The notes beneath the pieces are model-generated. The model had not been told where the DNA came from. It saw only the letters and a list, made by a program, of their open reading frames with translations, and made no database searches. Made by a program: the position numbers and the translations under genes. Below, in pieces: positions 20,934 through 31,471 of a stretch of DNA of 64,000 nucleotides; positions within the stretch are counted from its first letter, which is position 1; the number at the start of each line of letters is the position of its first letter. The DNA lies in NCBI GenBank assembly GCA_016709575.1, contig JADJMM010000012.1:28077-92076 (forward strand), in the 5' to 3' direction. This DNA is from Sphingobacteriaceae bacterium. GTDB lineage: Bacteria; Bacteroidota; Bacteroidia; B-17B0; Aurantibacillaceae.

Positions 20934-23900
20934 TTAATCTATAATTAATTTCTTCGTACAAGTCGAATTCTCTTTAGTAATCTTCACTAAATAAACTCCC
21001 GCCTTTAAGGTTGAGGTATCAAAAGTTAAAGTGTCTTTTGTTTTTGTAAATGGTAATTCAAAAGTTCTTCCTAACATATCCGTAACAGTTACAATTGTGT
21101 TCTCAGTATCTTGCATGCTGATTTGAAATTTATCATGTGCAGGGTTAGGGTAAAGGCGAACACTGTTAGTTAATTCATTTTCTTTTAGGCCAGTGTACAT
21201 ATATTGTTTGGTAGTGAAGCTGTATTCAAATCTTCTTCCAAAATCGGCATTAAAGGTTTTAATAACTGTTCCTTGTGCGTTCTTTAATCTTACATATCCG
21301 GCACCTTGTGCTGTACTGGCCCACCATTGGAGTCCGTCTTCACCGGTATCTTCAAATATTAATTTATAACAACCACTTAATATGTAATTGTCATTATAAA
21401 CAGTATTAGGTCCGGTTAAAACGCTCGCACCGGGAACTGCATTTCCATTGTCATCAAATAATTTATGAATTAGTGTTTTGTATGTTACCATCAAATATAT
21501 TGTTCGTTTTTACTTCAATGGTTAATGAGTCAGTTAAAATATCAGGTAATGTAAAGCCTGAAGAGTATTTGTTGTTATAAGAATAGTTATCCGTAGTATT
21601 ATTTGCTTTCTTTAACTCTACATTAAATTTATTATTACTTGGTAATACTCCGTTAGTCCATAAATTACCAATTGGCAAAGAAATAGAAACTGTATCCATA
21701 AAAGCTAAGTTTCCTGTCCATGTATAAGTTTCTTTTGCTGAATTGTTATTCATCCAATAATCAATATTCAAACTTGTTATAGATGTTGAGCCTGTGTTTT
21801 GTACAGTAATAATTGGTTTAGCACACATCGGGTTCTCGCGAGAATAAAACTTTGTTACTCGGTTTATTTACATCAACAATACTTGCATCCAGACTAAAGT
21901 TAGGAGAACCATAACTTATTAATTGATGCGCTGCTATATATCGGTAATCACCACCACTAACCGGAGGATTAGAACAATTATAATCTAATGTTACTGTTGA
22001 GCCTGGAGTAATGTATGGCGTAACGTTATATTCTTTTAATAATGAATATTCACCCGGACACCAACCTTGCCTGTCGTAAACCCAAGTGCCACCTTGTGCA
22101 GTTATAGGATTAGTTGCACAACGGCGTGTAATTTGCCAGCTGAATTCATTAGCACCTCCGTTAATATTGAAGTAATGATCAATTAAACCACCATTCTGAT
22201 CAAATTCTCCTTCAGCACCGTGACCTGTTATTGTTGAACGCATTTTAAAGGCATTGGCTAAACTATTTGTCGCCACACTTTGTATTGGAAATCTTGTATC
22301 GTTAGTAATACTTCCAATAGATGAACCGCCCCAACGTGCGCCCCCTTGCCATAATTGATTACATTCTAAAACTGTGCGTGGTGGTGTACCAACAATAAAT
22401 AAAAAGTCGATATCCATTTGTTCTTGCCACTCACCGCCAAGCGTCATTAAGAAACGTTTCTTACCTTTTAATAATGGAGCGTAATCACTCACATCAAAAT
22501 ACCAGGTCTTACCGTTCATTCCAAAATCTAAACCAATACCATAAGGTGTTACAAACGACATTAACTCAATATAAAAAGGATGACGTCGGTTGTAATTTAA
22601 ATTTGTGATAGTGATTGTGTTCTGAGCAACAGCAGCAATGGTTCCTGTTAATATTCCTGTATCACCATTGTAAACATTTAAAGGTGATGTATTATATAAA
22701 TTATTGGATGTAGAAACTAAAGTGACAACATCATTTGCCATTGGTGTAACAGTTGCGTTAGAAGTGATAGAGAATTGCTGAATAGTATTAGGACTTCTTC
22801 CTATTGAATCTTTAACAACAACAGTATTGGTTGTAATAGAATAAACGCCACGTAAAAACGTAACATTTGGTTTTACGTTTGTTTCGTTAAACATTCGGGT
22901 GAGTTTATTACCTCTGTCGAAACTCCAGAGAATACTTGTTCCGGTTGAGGTAACACTTTTTTGTATCATTCACAATTAATCCTGTGCCTTCATCCATTTT
23001 GTAATAAGCAACTAAATCAGAATAGAATGGGTGAGAAGGAGTAACAGGAACATTCATTATCGCTTTTACATCTGCTAAAACAAATTCTCTGTTCCAAATA
23101 GTTAATTCATTTATTTTTCCTTTATAATTATTATTGAGTGAAGCGTCCTTTCCTAAAATCATGTTCATGATAGAAATTGGCTTTATTTTACCACCTGCAA
23201 TCAACCACAAAGTACCATTTAAATAAACTCTCATCCAACCTGAACTTACATTTTTTGTAAAGGTCCAGTGATTCCATTGTCCACCTTGATTCGCTGCAGT
23301 AGAAACTTTGTTAGCACGATCAAATCCTCCTGCGCTAAAACCACAATCAAAATAAACGCTGTTATCACTCCATGGTAAATGAATATTTAAAGCACGGTCG
23401 TTTGGATTTGTAGCATAAGCATACATTACAGAAGTATTTGCCGGCATTAAGTTTTTATTTCCATAAGCCCAAAACGAAATGGTTAATGAATTATTTATTG
23501 CGCTTAAAAAAGTAGAATTAATATTAATGTGACCATTCGATTCAAAATCTACGGCGTAATTGTTGTTTGTGTATAAAGCGTTCACCGAAGTTGTACTTAC
23601 ACCATTAAAAATGATTGGGGTGCTTGGACTAGAATTAGTAAATGAGCAATCAATAAGTATGTTATCAGTTCCGTTCCAAGTAAAAGGTGTATGAAATTGA
23701 ATTCTGTTATTGCCATTTACAAAACTATAATTTGCATTATACACATTTGTGAATCCTGTCAGAACTACTGTTGATGCATTAAGAGCAGTTAATGTTGTGT
23801 TTTGAATACTTAGATTAAAGAAATTGGTATTGCCACCGGCATTCGCAACATCTAATAATAAACCATCAATATTTCCAGCTGTAAATCCCGCACTGGTTAA

Positions 23901-24419
23901 TTCAGCAGCGGTATATAACAATTGTGAGCGTCCCGATTTTTCGTTGGCTTTTAAATAATTAGGAACAGAGGAAGTGCCTGTTCCAACTGTGTATTGTGTT
24001 TCTGAAGTAATTGAATTTAATGTAACTGTAGTTTGCGCGTAATTATAATAATCGTAAGGCTGAAGAGTAGTGTAAGGAAAAACAGTTCCTGTGAAATTAG
24101 AGATGATATGACTTGGAGCTGTTAAGTTCTCAATTTCCATTCTGCTTGAATCGGCGATGTAGGTGTTACAAGAATAATCCCACTCACCACAACCTAAATT
24201 ACGTTGCGATGAAGTAGATACTAATCCGTTTTTACAACGCATGTTATAGCGCATGATAATTTTTTCATACGTTAAACTATTACTTGGAAACTGAATGGCA
24301 GTATCACGGGTGGTGCTTCCGTATTTAAATGTTTTTACAACAATTGTATCGCCGGTAACTTGAGAAATGGCACTAAAACTTAAAAGAGCTAACAAACAAA
24401 CGAGTATTTTTTTCATCAC
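20934..24419 (-). CDS. Large T9SS cargo protein of about 1160 aa, PNGase F-related with a LamG-like domain; three frameshifts
   Basis: Four collinear ORFs. The first has a signal peptide (MMKKILVCLLALLSFSAISQ) and GCGEWDYSCNTY. A LamG-like section reads LTISFWAYGNK...WNHWTF...MRVYLNG. GGTWVYDRQGWCPGE resembles the PNGase F C-terminal domain (from memory). The tail is VRLYPNPAHDKFQI...GVYLVKI...KLIID. Confidence 0.6.
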
Positions 24420-24599
24420 TTATAATTAATTTAATTCAAATATAACTAAATCGATTTAACATTGGGAGACTTTTTATCAAGAATGGCCCTAAAACCAGCC
24501 TATTTTAGCTCCAAAATTGTAATGCAACCAACGATTTGTCTTAAACAGTATGAAAACTTATCTGTAACCTTTTCTTTTTTGAGATATTATATATGCAAG

Positions 24600-25445
24600 A
24601 TGAAACACCTGGCACTAATAATTGTTTGTTTAAGTTTTTATGCAAATGCGCAGGAAAATATTTCGGGTGTTTTCAATAATGAGGCACCCAATCCATGCGG
24701 TTCGGAGAATAATAACTTAATTATAAATAAGCATCCTGTTCCACAAGCCTACAATCGCGAAGCAGACTTAATGTGGGAAAAACGTGTATGGCGTGAATTG
24801 GATTTGCGTGAGAAAATAAATCACACTTTATATTTCCCAATCGAATATCAACCCTGTAAAATTTCTTTGTTCCAAATAATGACTAAACACATTTTGACCG
24901 GAGATATTATTGCTTTTGCTGATGAGAGTTTTTATAGTCCTTTATCATTAACAGAAGTAAGAAAGAAACTCGTGCAAAAGGAAGAACAAGAACAAGTTAT
25001 TTACGATTCATTAGGTAATGAAATTCCGGTAATGGTAACAGGTTATGATTCTGTTTCTCTTTTTTCTAAAGTTATAAAAGTTCGGATGGTTGAGGATTGG
25101 TATATGAACTCCGGTCGCTCAGGTTTAGAAGTGCGTATTGTTGGAATGGCATTTTACGAATACGTAGAAGAAAAAGAAGCGTTCAAAGAATTGTTTTGGG
25201 TGTATTTCCCCGCTGTAAAACCATTCCTGGCAAAGTATAGATCATTTAATCAGAAAAACAATATAGACCGCAGTAGTTTTGATGATGTATTTACAAGGCG
25301 ACAATTTGGAAGTTATATTGTAAAAGAAAGTAATGTGTACGACCGTTATGTGTTTGATTATGCTAAAGGTGTTGATGCTTTATTGGAATCAGATAGAATT
25401 AAGAACGATATTTTTAAATGGGAACATGATTTGTGGCATTATTAG
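24600..25445 (+). CDS. GldN/PorN-like protein (stand-alone)
   Basis: MKHLALIIVCLSFYANAQ is a signal peptide at the internal ATG (codon 47 of ORF 24462). READLMWEKRVWRELDLREKINHTLYFP and VRMVEDWYMNSGRSGLEVRIVGMA match GldN family motifs as I recall them. Confidence 0.5.
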   Translation: MKHLALIIVCLSFYANAQENISGVFNNEAPNPCGSENNNLIINKHPVPQAYNREADLMWEKRVWRELDLREKINHTLYFPIEYQPCKISLFQIMTKHILTGDIIAFADESFYSPLSLTEVRKKLVQKEEQEQVIYDSLGNEIPVMVTGYDSVSLFSKVIKVRMVEDWYMNSGRSGLEVRIVGMAFYEYVEEKEAFKELFWVYFPAVKPFLAKYRSFNQKNNIDRSSFDDVFTRRQFGSYIVKESNVYDRYVFDYAKGVDALLESDRIKNDIFKWEHDLWHY

Positions 25446-25451
25446 AACGGT

Positions 25452-25595
25452 TAAAGGGTAAAGGTAGAAGGTGAAAAGTGAAAGGAATTTTCAACACGGG
25501 GGTGCAGAGTTTTAGAGTTGAATGGAGTCGGGTAGTTTAGGTTTAATTTGAAATAACTCTGTCTGCTTTTTCTCTCTGTAACTCTGTGTTGAAAT
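25452..25595. repeat. Composite intergenic element: purine-rich GGTRAA tract plus an imperfect inverted repeat
   Basis: TAAAGGGTAAAGGTAGAAGGTGAAAAGTGAAAGG is followed by TTTCAACAC..AGAGTT (25489-25511), which pairs with AACTCTGTGTTGAAA (25581-25595). TAACTCTGT occurs twice (25555, 25580). Confidence 0.45.
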
Positions 25596-25603
25596 AACAA
25601 AAA

Positions 25604-25834
25604 CTATTTAAGAGCTTTCATCTGCAAAAACATTTCGTTGAAACGTTTTCTTGTATCTTCAATAAATTCGGGAGTAATCATTTTCTTTAAATTCTCTACA
25701 CCTTTAACATCGGCGTTATCAAATTTAAAAGATTGTTCCATCGGACCCGCTTCAAATTTCACAATAAACTTATCGTTCATTTGAAAAATGCTAATAGTGA
25801 TAGAAGGGTGGGGAATCGTATCTATGATTCTCAT
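25604..25834 (-). CDS. Hypothetical protein (76 aa)
   Basis: Intact ORF abutting the upstream 161-aa ORF (25834/25835). No motif recognised. Confidence 0.5.
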   Translation of the reverse strand: MRIIDTIPHPSITISIFQMNDKFIVKFEAGPMEQSFKFDNADVKGVENLKKMITPEFIEDTRKRFNEMFLQMKALK

Positions 25835-26320
25835 TTACTTTAATTTTTTAGGATCTTTATTTCCGGAAGTATAATCAGGATCTTTTTGAAATGCTTTTTT
25901 AAAGTTGAGCATACTTTTTATTACTCCCATCGGACTAACAGCTCTGTCGCCATCAGCTCTGACAACGCTTTGTATAGCGTGTGCCATCATTACAAAATGC
26001 TTTTTACCTGCGCGGTGTAATGCCGCTTCTGCTTTATCATCACCATTAATAATATTAGCTGCAGCAGCCCAATCAAAAGCTTTACGATCAATTAAAAATT
26101 TAAAGGCACTGGAATCTTCCCAAATTGCATTTACAAAAGCAGCTAATTCAAAGTGCTTCCCGTCAATCAAATATTTGAAAGCGAATTTATCATCACGTAT
26201 AGCATCGATAACGGCAATCAATTCACGATAATTATTTTCGATCAGCCAATTTGAACCCGGTGCATCGTTTAATACATGGCGGGTAAACATATCAATAGAA
26301 TGTTCGCTATAATGTTTCAT
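25835..26320 (-). CDS. Hypothetical protein (161 aa) with internal repeats
   Basis: Intact ORF with a repeated motif (AFKYLIDGKHFELAAFVNAI / AFKFLIDRKAFDWAAAANII). Confidence 0.5.
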   Translation of the reverse strand: MKHYSEHSIDMFTRHVLNDAPGSNWLIENNYRELIAVIDAIRDDKFAFKYLIDGKHFELAAFVNAIWEDSSAFKFLIDRKAFDWAAAANIINGDDKAEAALHRAGKKHFVMMAHAIQSVVRADGDRAVSPMGVIKSMLNFKKAFQKDPDYTSGNKDPKKLK

Positions 26321-26376
26321 ATTGTAAAGGTACGAAGAGTAAAAACAAAAGACAAGAGCTGGTAAGTCGTGAGGTC

Positions 26377-26440
26377 ATGCTGATGAAATCAGCATCTTTA
26401 AAGAACGTGAATCCATAAAAGATACTGACTTCGTCAGTAT
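26377..26440. repeat. Two similar perfect 8-bp hairpins; the right one is a likely terminator of the TonB-dependent receptor gene
   Basis: ATGCTGAT-gaa-ATCAGCAT (26377-26395) and ATACTGAC-ttc-GTCAGTAT (26422-26440). On the minus-strand transcript the second is followed by CTTTTAT. Confidence 0.5.
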
Positions 26441-26448
26441 GACGGCCT

Positions 26449-28948
26449 TTAAAACCTTACTTGTAATTTAACGTTAACCATTCTATTGGTTAAATAATTT
26501 GGCACGGCGTATTGTCGGCCTGTTACATCTTTTATCCAGGTATAAGAAACAGTATTATTCACACCTAATAAATTCAACACTTCCATGTTTAACCAAATAT
26601 ATTTAACATGGTTCATGAAATTTTTTGTTTTGAATTCTCTGTTCTCTTTTAAAATATTAAATGCAAAACCAATATCTACTCTTCGGTAAGAAGGCATTCT
26701 GAAAACTTGCTGGTAACGTAAATGTGTAGGTGGACCAAACGGTAAACCACTTCCAAAAATAATATTCAAATTCATTTTTAAACCCGGATATTTTGGTAAG
26801 TAATCCTGAAAAAACATACTGTAAGTTACCAATTGGTCGGTTGGTCTTGGAATAAAACCGGGATCAATTTTTGTGCTGTCAGTTTTTACTTGATCAAAGG
26901 TGTAGCCTTTAATAATTTCTTCTTTGTCTTTATTGTAATATTTATAATGAATATTGTCACTCGAGTATTCGTACGTTCTTAATAATCCCAATGAAGCCCA
27001 ACTCTCAACACCTTTTACAAATTCACCATTCACTCTGAAATCAATTCCTGTAGCGTAACCACGTGCGTTGTTATTAGCGAAATAACGTACGCGCACATTA
27101 TCAATTTCATATTGAATCAAATTATTCAGTTGCTTGAAATAAGCTGCTACAACAAATTTAAATGGTCTTCTCCAGGCTGTAAAGTTGTAATCGCTACTTA
27201 ATACGCAGTGAATAGATTGCTGCGCTTTTATATTTTTGTTTAGAACGCCATCAATACCTCTCATCTCACGGTAAAATGGTGGTTGATAATAAAACCCACC
27301 TGATAATTTAAAAACAAAATCACGTTTCCAATTAGGTTTGAAAGCTAAGGTTAAACGCGGTGATGCGACAAACTGATTGTTGAAGGTCCAATAATTCCGC
27401 GGACACCTCCTGTTAAAGTTAGAGTAGAAGAATCACTTAGTGTTTTGTTATATACATACTCCACATATTCCATAATACGACTGGAGTTTAAATTAATTTT
27501 AGCTTTGTAAACATCACTTAAATTAATTTCGGTTGGGCTATACGGATTTACAAAACCTGCCGAATCTACCATTCGCCATTCACTTAGTTTATCATTAATG
27601 TTTTCGTTTTGGAATCTTAAACCCCACAACAATTGTCTGTTCTTTTTAAATATTTTGTACCCTTATGTTCAACACTATAAACCTGCGCTTCTAATTTATT
27701 TCTTCCGTTATTTAAAAAAGTTCCAATACCGCGGTTAAACGCAACCTGACCGAAATTATCTTTTCCAAAATCTGCTTCCAATTGATCAATGTAATACTGA
27801 CCTTGCACCGTATACAATTCTTCTTCTTTAGTTGTATAACCTGAAGCAATAAATTTCAGTTTGGTAGTTTTATTAGGAAGATATGTTGTAGACACTCCCG
27901 TCATAAAAGTATTATACTGCATTACTTCTTGTCCGTCGAAAAACACTTTAAAGCTCACCGCATTATTTACAGTACCGAATGTGGTTTCGCGATTGGTTGG
28001 AATTACTAAATATTTGTTGTTGGCTAAATTTGCTAAAACTTCAACCGTTAATTTTGGATTCACGTTAAAGGTGATAAAGGCTTGGGCGTCGTAAAAACGT
28101 GGCTGGTATTCACCTTTTGTATCAATACTTTTTAAAATGTAAGCGTTGCTTCTATAACGTGAGCCCACCGACCAGGCTACTAATCTGTTTTTTGAAATCC
28201 CTTCTAAACTTAAACTTCCTCCTAATAAACTGGCTGAAGCAGTTCCGCCAAATTTGGTAGGCTTGCGGTATGTTATATCTAAAACAGAAGACATCTTATC
28301 ACCATACTTAGCTTCAAATCCTCCTGCAGAAAAATTAATATTACTCACCATATCAGGATTCGCGAAACTTAAACCTTCTTGTTGTACGCTACGGACTAAA
28401 AATGGACGGTACACTTCAATATCATTCACGTAAACAAGGTTCTCATCAAAATTACCGCCACGAACTGAATAGCTGCTGCTTAATTCGTTATTGCTGGTAA
28501 CACCCATTTGTGTTTTAATTAAATCTTCAATACTTCCTCCGGCGGTTGGTAATTGAAAAAATAATTTAGGGTCGATGCGCGTCATTTCAATAGTTCGGTT
28601 TTCACCAACAATATCAACGGCCGTCATTTCGTTTTTAAATTGCACAACTGGAGAATAGTTTAAAGTTTCGCCAGGTTTTAAATTTACTTTATGATTAATT
28701 TGTTTGAAGTTGATGTTGTAGAAGGCGACAGTGATTTCTTTATTGGCCGGAACTTCAATAGAGTAATTCCCTTTAGAATCAGAAATAGTGCTGAGTTTAG
28801 CATCTTCCAAAACCGCAATAGTAATATTTTCGATAGGTTCGCCATCATTGGTTTTAACAATCCCGCTTATAGTCGCATTTTGGCTATAGCCGGATAGGCA
28901 AAGCCAGGTAAAGAGGATTAAAAAGATATGCTTTTGAGGGCTAAACAC
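26449..28948 (-). CDS. TonB-dependent receptor with an N-terminal carboxypeptidase-regulatory-like domain; two frameshifts
   Basis: Signal peptide, then ATISGIVKTNDGEPIENITIAV...DSKGNYSIEV (CarbopepD_reg). A plug-like region reads SYSVRGGNFDENLVYVNDIEVYRP. The C-terminal barrel ends VKLQVRF. Three collinear ORFs. Confidence 0.8.
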
Positions 28949-29045
28949 AGATTTTTATGGATAACGAAAATAAGGAGATATTATTATTAAAACTAAAGGT
29001 TTTAAACGAAAAAACACTCAAAAAGACCTTACTCGAGTAACAAGA

Positions 29046-29410
29046 TTATTCATCATAGAGAGAAGTCAATCTATTTCTTAATAATTCGTTTTGTTCCAAT
29101 TTATCTATCTGATTTAAGGCAATATGGTTAATAATATAGTTTAAATCTCTTTCTGCATCAATTAAAAAATATCCCTTTGAAATTTCTTTTTTTTCATGTC
29201 TTATAGCATCTGAACTACATCATAAAAACAGTAGATTGGATAAAAAGCCATAATTTATATCTAACTGATAAGGAAAAATAGTATCTAAAGTTTCATCAAT
29301 GTCAAAATCTTCCTTATTTTTATTCGGATCTTTCATCCAAATAGAAAATTTAGATAGTTCTTTTTCTAATAAAGTATATATTTCTTTTTCATTAGCATTA
29401 GCCGTACGGG
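29046..29410 (-). pseudogene. AT-rich gene remnant with no start codon and one internal frameshift
   Basis: The minus-strand reading ...NANEKEIYTLLEKELSKFSIWMKDPNKNKEDFDIDE... opens directly out of the tRNA-like fragment with no Met. It shifts frame near 29215 and ends ...RNRLTSLYDE with its stop at 29046-29048. Confidence 0.35.
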
Positions 29411-29422
29411 AATCGAACCCCT
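29398..29422 (-). other. tRNA 3'-end fragment (T arm plus acceptor 3' strand) with no cloverleaf upstream; possible att-site remnant
   Basis: The reverse complement reads AGGGG-TTCGATT-CCCGT-ACGGCTA-A. The T stem has one mismatch. The adjacent sequence does not fold into anticodon or D arms. Confidence 0.45.
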
Positions 29423-29490
29423 AGGATTTACTATAATTCTCAGAAAGTAGTCAGTAATATGTTTAGTTTTTTCTTTAGCTTTGTTTTATT

Positions 29491-31390
29491 ATAGAAATCA
29501 AGCAAGATATCCGTCAATTATTAAAAAAGTACTGGGGACACAACGAGTTCAGGCCCATGCAGGAGGATATTATCCTTTCGGTACTGGATAAAAAGGATAC
29601 TATTGCGCTTTTACCAACAGGAGGCGGAAAATCCTTTGTTTTCAATTGCCGGGTTTAGTTTTAGGTGGAACAACTCTTGTTGTTTCTCCTTTAATTGCGT
29701 TGATGAACGACCAGGTTCAGAATTAAAAAAGAAGGGTATTTCGGCGGTGGCTATTAGCTCAGCCATGAATTATAAAGAAATTGAAATTGCTTTAAATAAT
29801 GCTGCTTACGGTCATGTTCAATTTTTATATGTCTCGCCTGAGCGTTTAGAGAATGAAGATTTTAGAAAACAATTAAGTTACTTACCCATAACATTAATTG
29901 CAGTTGATGAAGCGCATTGTATTTCTCATTGGGGATATGATTTTCGTCCAAGTTATTTGCGTATTGCAGAGGTAAAACAATATTTTAAAGATTTGCCTTT
30001 AATTGCAGTAACGGCAAGTGCCACAAAAGAAGTTGTTGAAGATATTAGCAAGAAACTCGATTTAAAGAAACCGAATATTTTCCGACAATCCTTTGGCAGA
30101 AGTAATTTACGATATGTAGTGCAGCTGGAAGAAGATAAAATTGGACGACTTCTGAAAATCATCAATAACATTGGCGGTTCAGGGGTTGTTTATGTAAAAA
30201 ACAGAAAACGCACCGAACAAATTGCAGCAACCTTAAACCGATTAAAGATAAGTGCAGATTTTTATCATGCGGGAATAAAAAATTCTCTCCGTGCCGAAAA
30301 GCAAGAGAAATGGTTAAATAATAAATTCCAAGTAATGGTAGCAACCAACGCTTTTGGGATGGGAATTGATAAGCCCGATGTGCGTTTTGTTGTTAATATG
30401 GATTTACCAGATAGTCTGGAATCATATTTCCAGGAAGCGGGTAGGGCTGGTCGTGATGGAAAACCGGCTTATGCTGTTTTATTATTCACTAAAAAAGATG
30501 AAGCACAATTATTAGAAACGGTTGAATATGCTTTTCCTGAATTAAAAATGATCCAGAATTGTTACAACGCCATTTGTAATTATTATCAAATCGCTATGAA
30601 TTCCGGACAAGGTTTAAGTTTTGAATTTGATTTGGATGAAGTATCAAAGTTGTATAATCTGCACCCAGTTTTGTTATTTAACAGTATAAAATTCCTCGAA
30701 AAAGAAAGTTACCTCTCGTTTTTAGATGCCGGTTACGAACCTGCAAAGTGCATGATTACAATGGGAAAAGAAGATGTTTATGCTTTTGAAGTGAAATATC
30801 CTAAATATGAACTCTTACTTAAAACATTAGTGAGAAGTTACGGAGGGATTTTTGAGCATTATGCTTTCATCAATGAAAAAGATATCGCGTATCGAATTAA
30901 AAACACAATTCAATACGTAAACGAACAATTAGAATTTTTAACGAAGCAAGAAGTTATCTCTTACGTAAAACCAACAGAATTACCGAAAATAATTTTGTTA
31001 CAGGATAGAATTAATTCAAAACATATTGAATTAAACCTGAGTAATTACAAATATTTAAAAGCGCGTTACATCGAAAAAACCGGACAAGTAATTGAATACG
31101 CCAATCAAACTACAATTTGTCGACAAGTATTTTTATTGAATTACTTTAACGAGTTCAGCGGAAAGAAATGTGGGTATTGTGATGTGTGTATCGCTCAAAA
31201 ACATAATCCTGATACAAGCAATATTGAAAAAGAAATTCTGAAACATCTCAAAAAAGAAACCCTTCATATCGACCAACTCAAAGAAAAGTTGGTAAAATTT
31301 AACGATGAGCAATGGACCGCCGTTTTAAATGTGCTAATTGATAACGGAAAGGTGAAAATGAATGAACAGCGCCATTTAACTATTGTTTAA
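29491..31390 (+). CDS. recQ: RecQ-family ATP-dependent DNA helicase; two frameshifts and no canonical start codon
   Basis: By manual translation: IEIKQDIRQLLKKYWGHNEFRPMQEDIILSVLDKKDTIALLPTGGGKS, then VVSPLIALMNDQVQN. The main ORF has DEAHCISHWGYDFRPSY, VTASAT and QEAGRAGRDG. The open frame begins ATT ATA just after a TAG. Confidence 0.85.
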
Positions 31391-31471
31391 AATAGCCTTC
31401 TCTTGGTATTAACACTATTTTTCTATCTTTGGGCAAATAAATCAATAATTCAAAACTAAAAAATAAACATT

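Noticed and set aside
29398-29470. A complete tRNA gene on the minus strand.
   Set aside because: Only the T arm (with one mismatch) and the acceptor 3' strand are present. The preceding 45 nt cannot form an anticodon stem-loop with U33 or a D arm. I report it as a fragment only.
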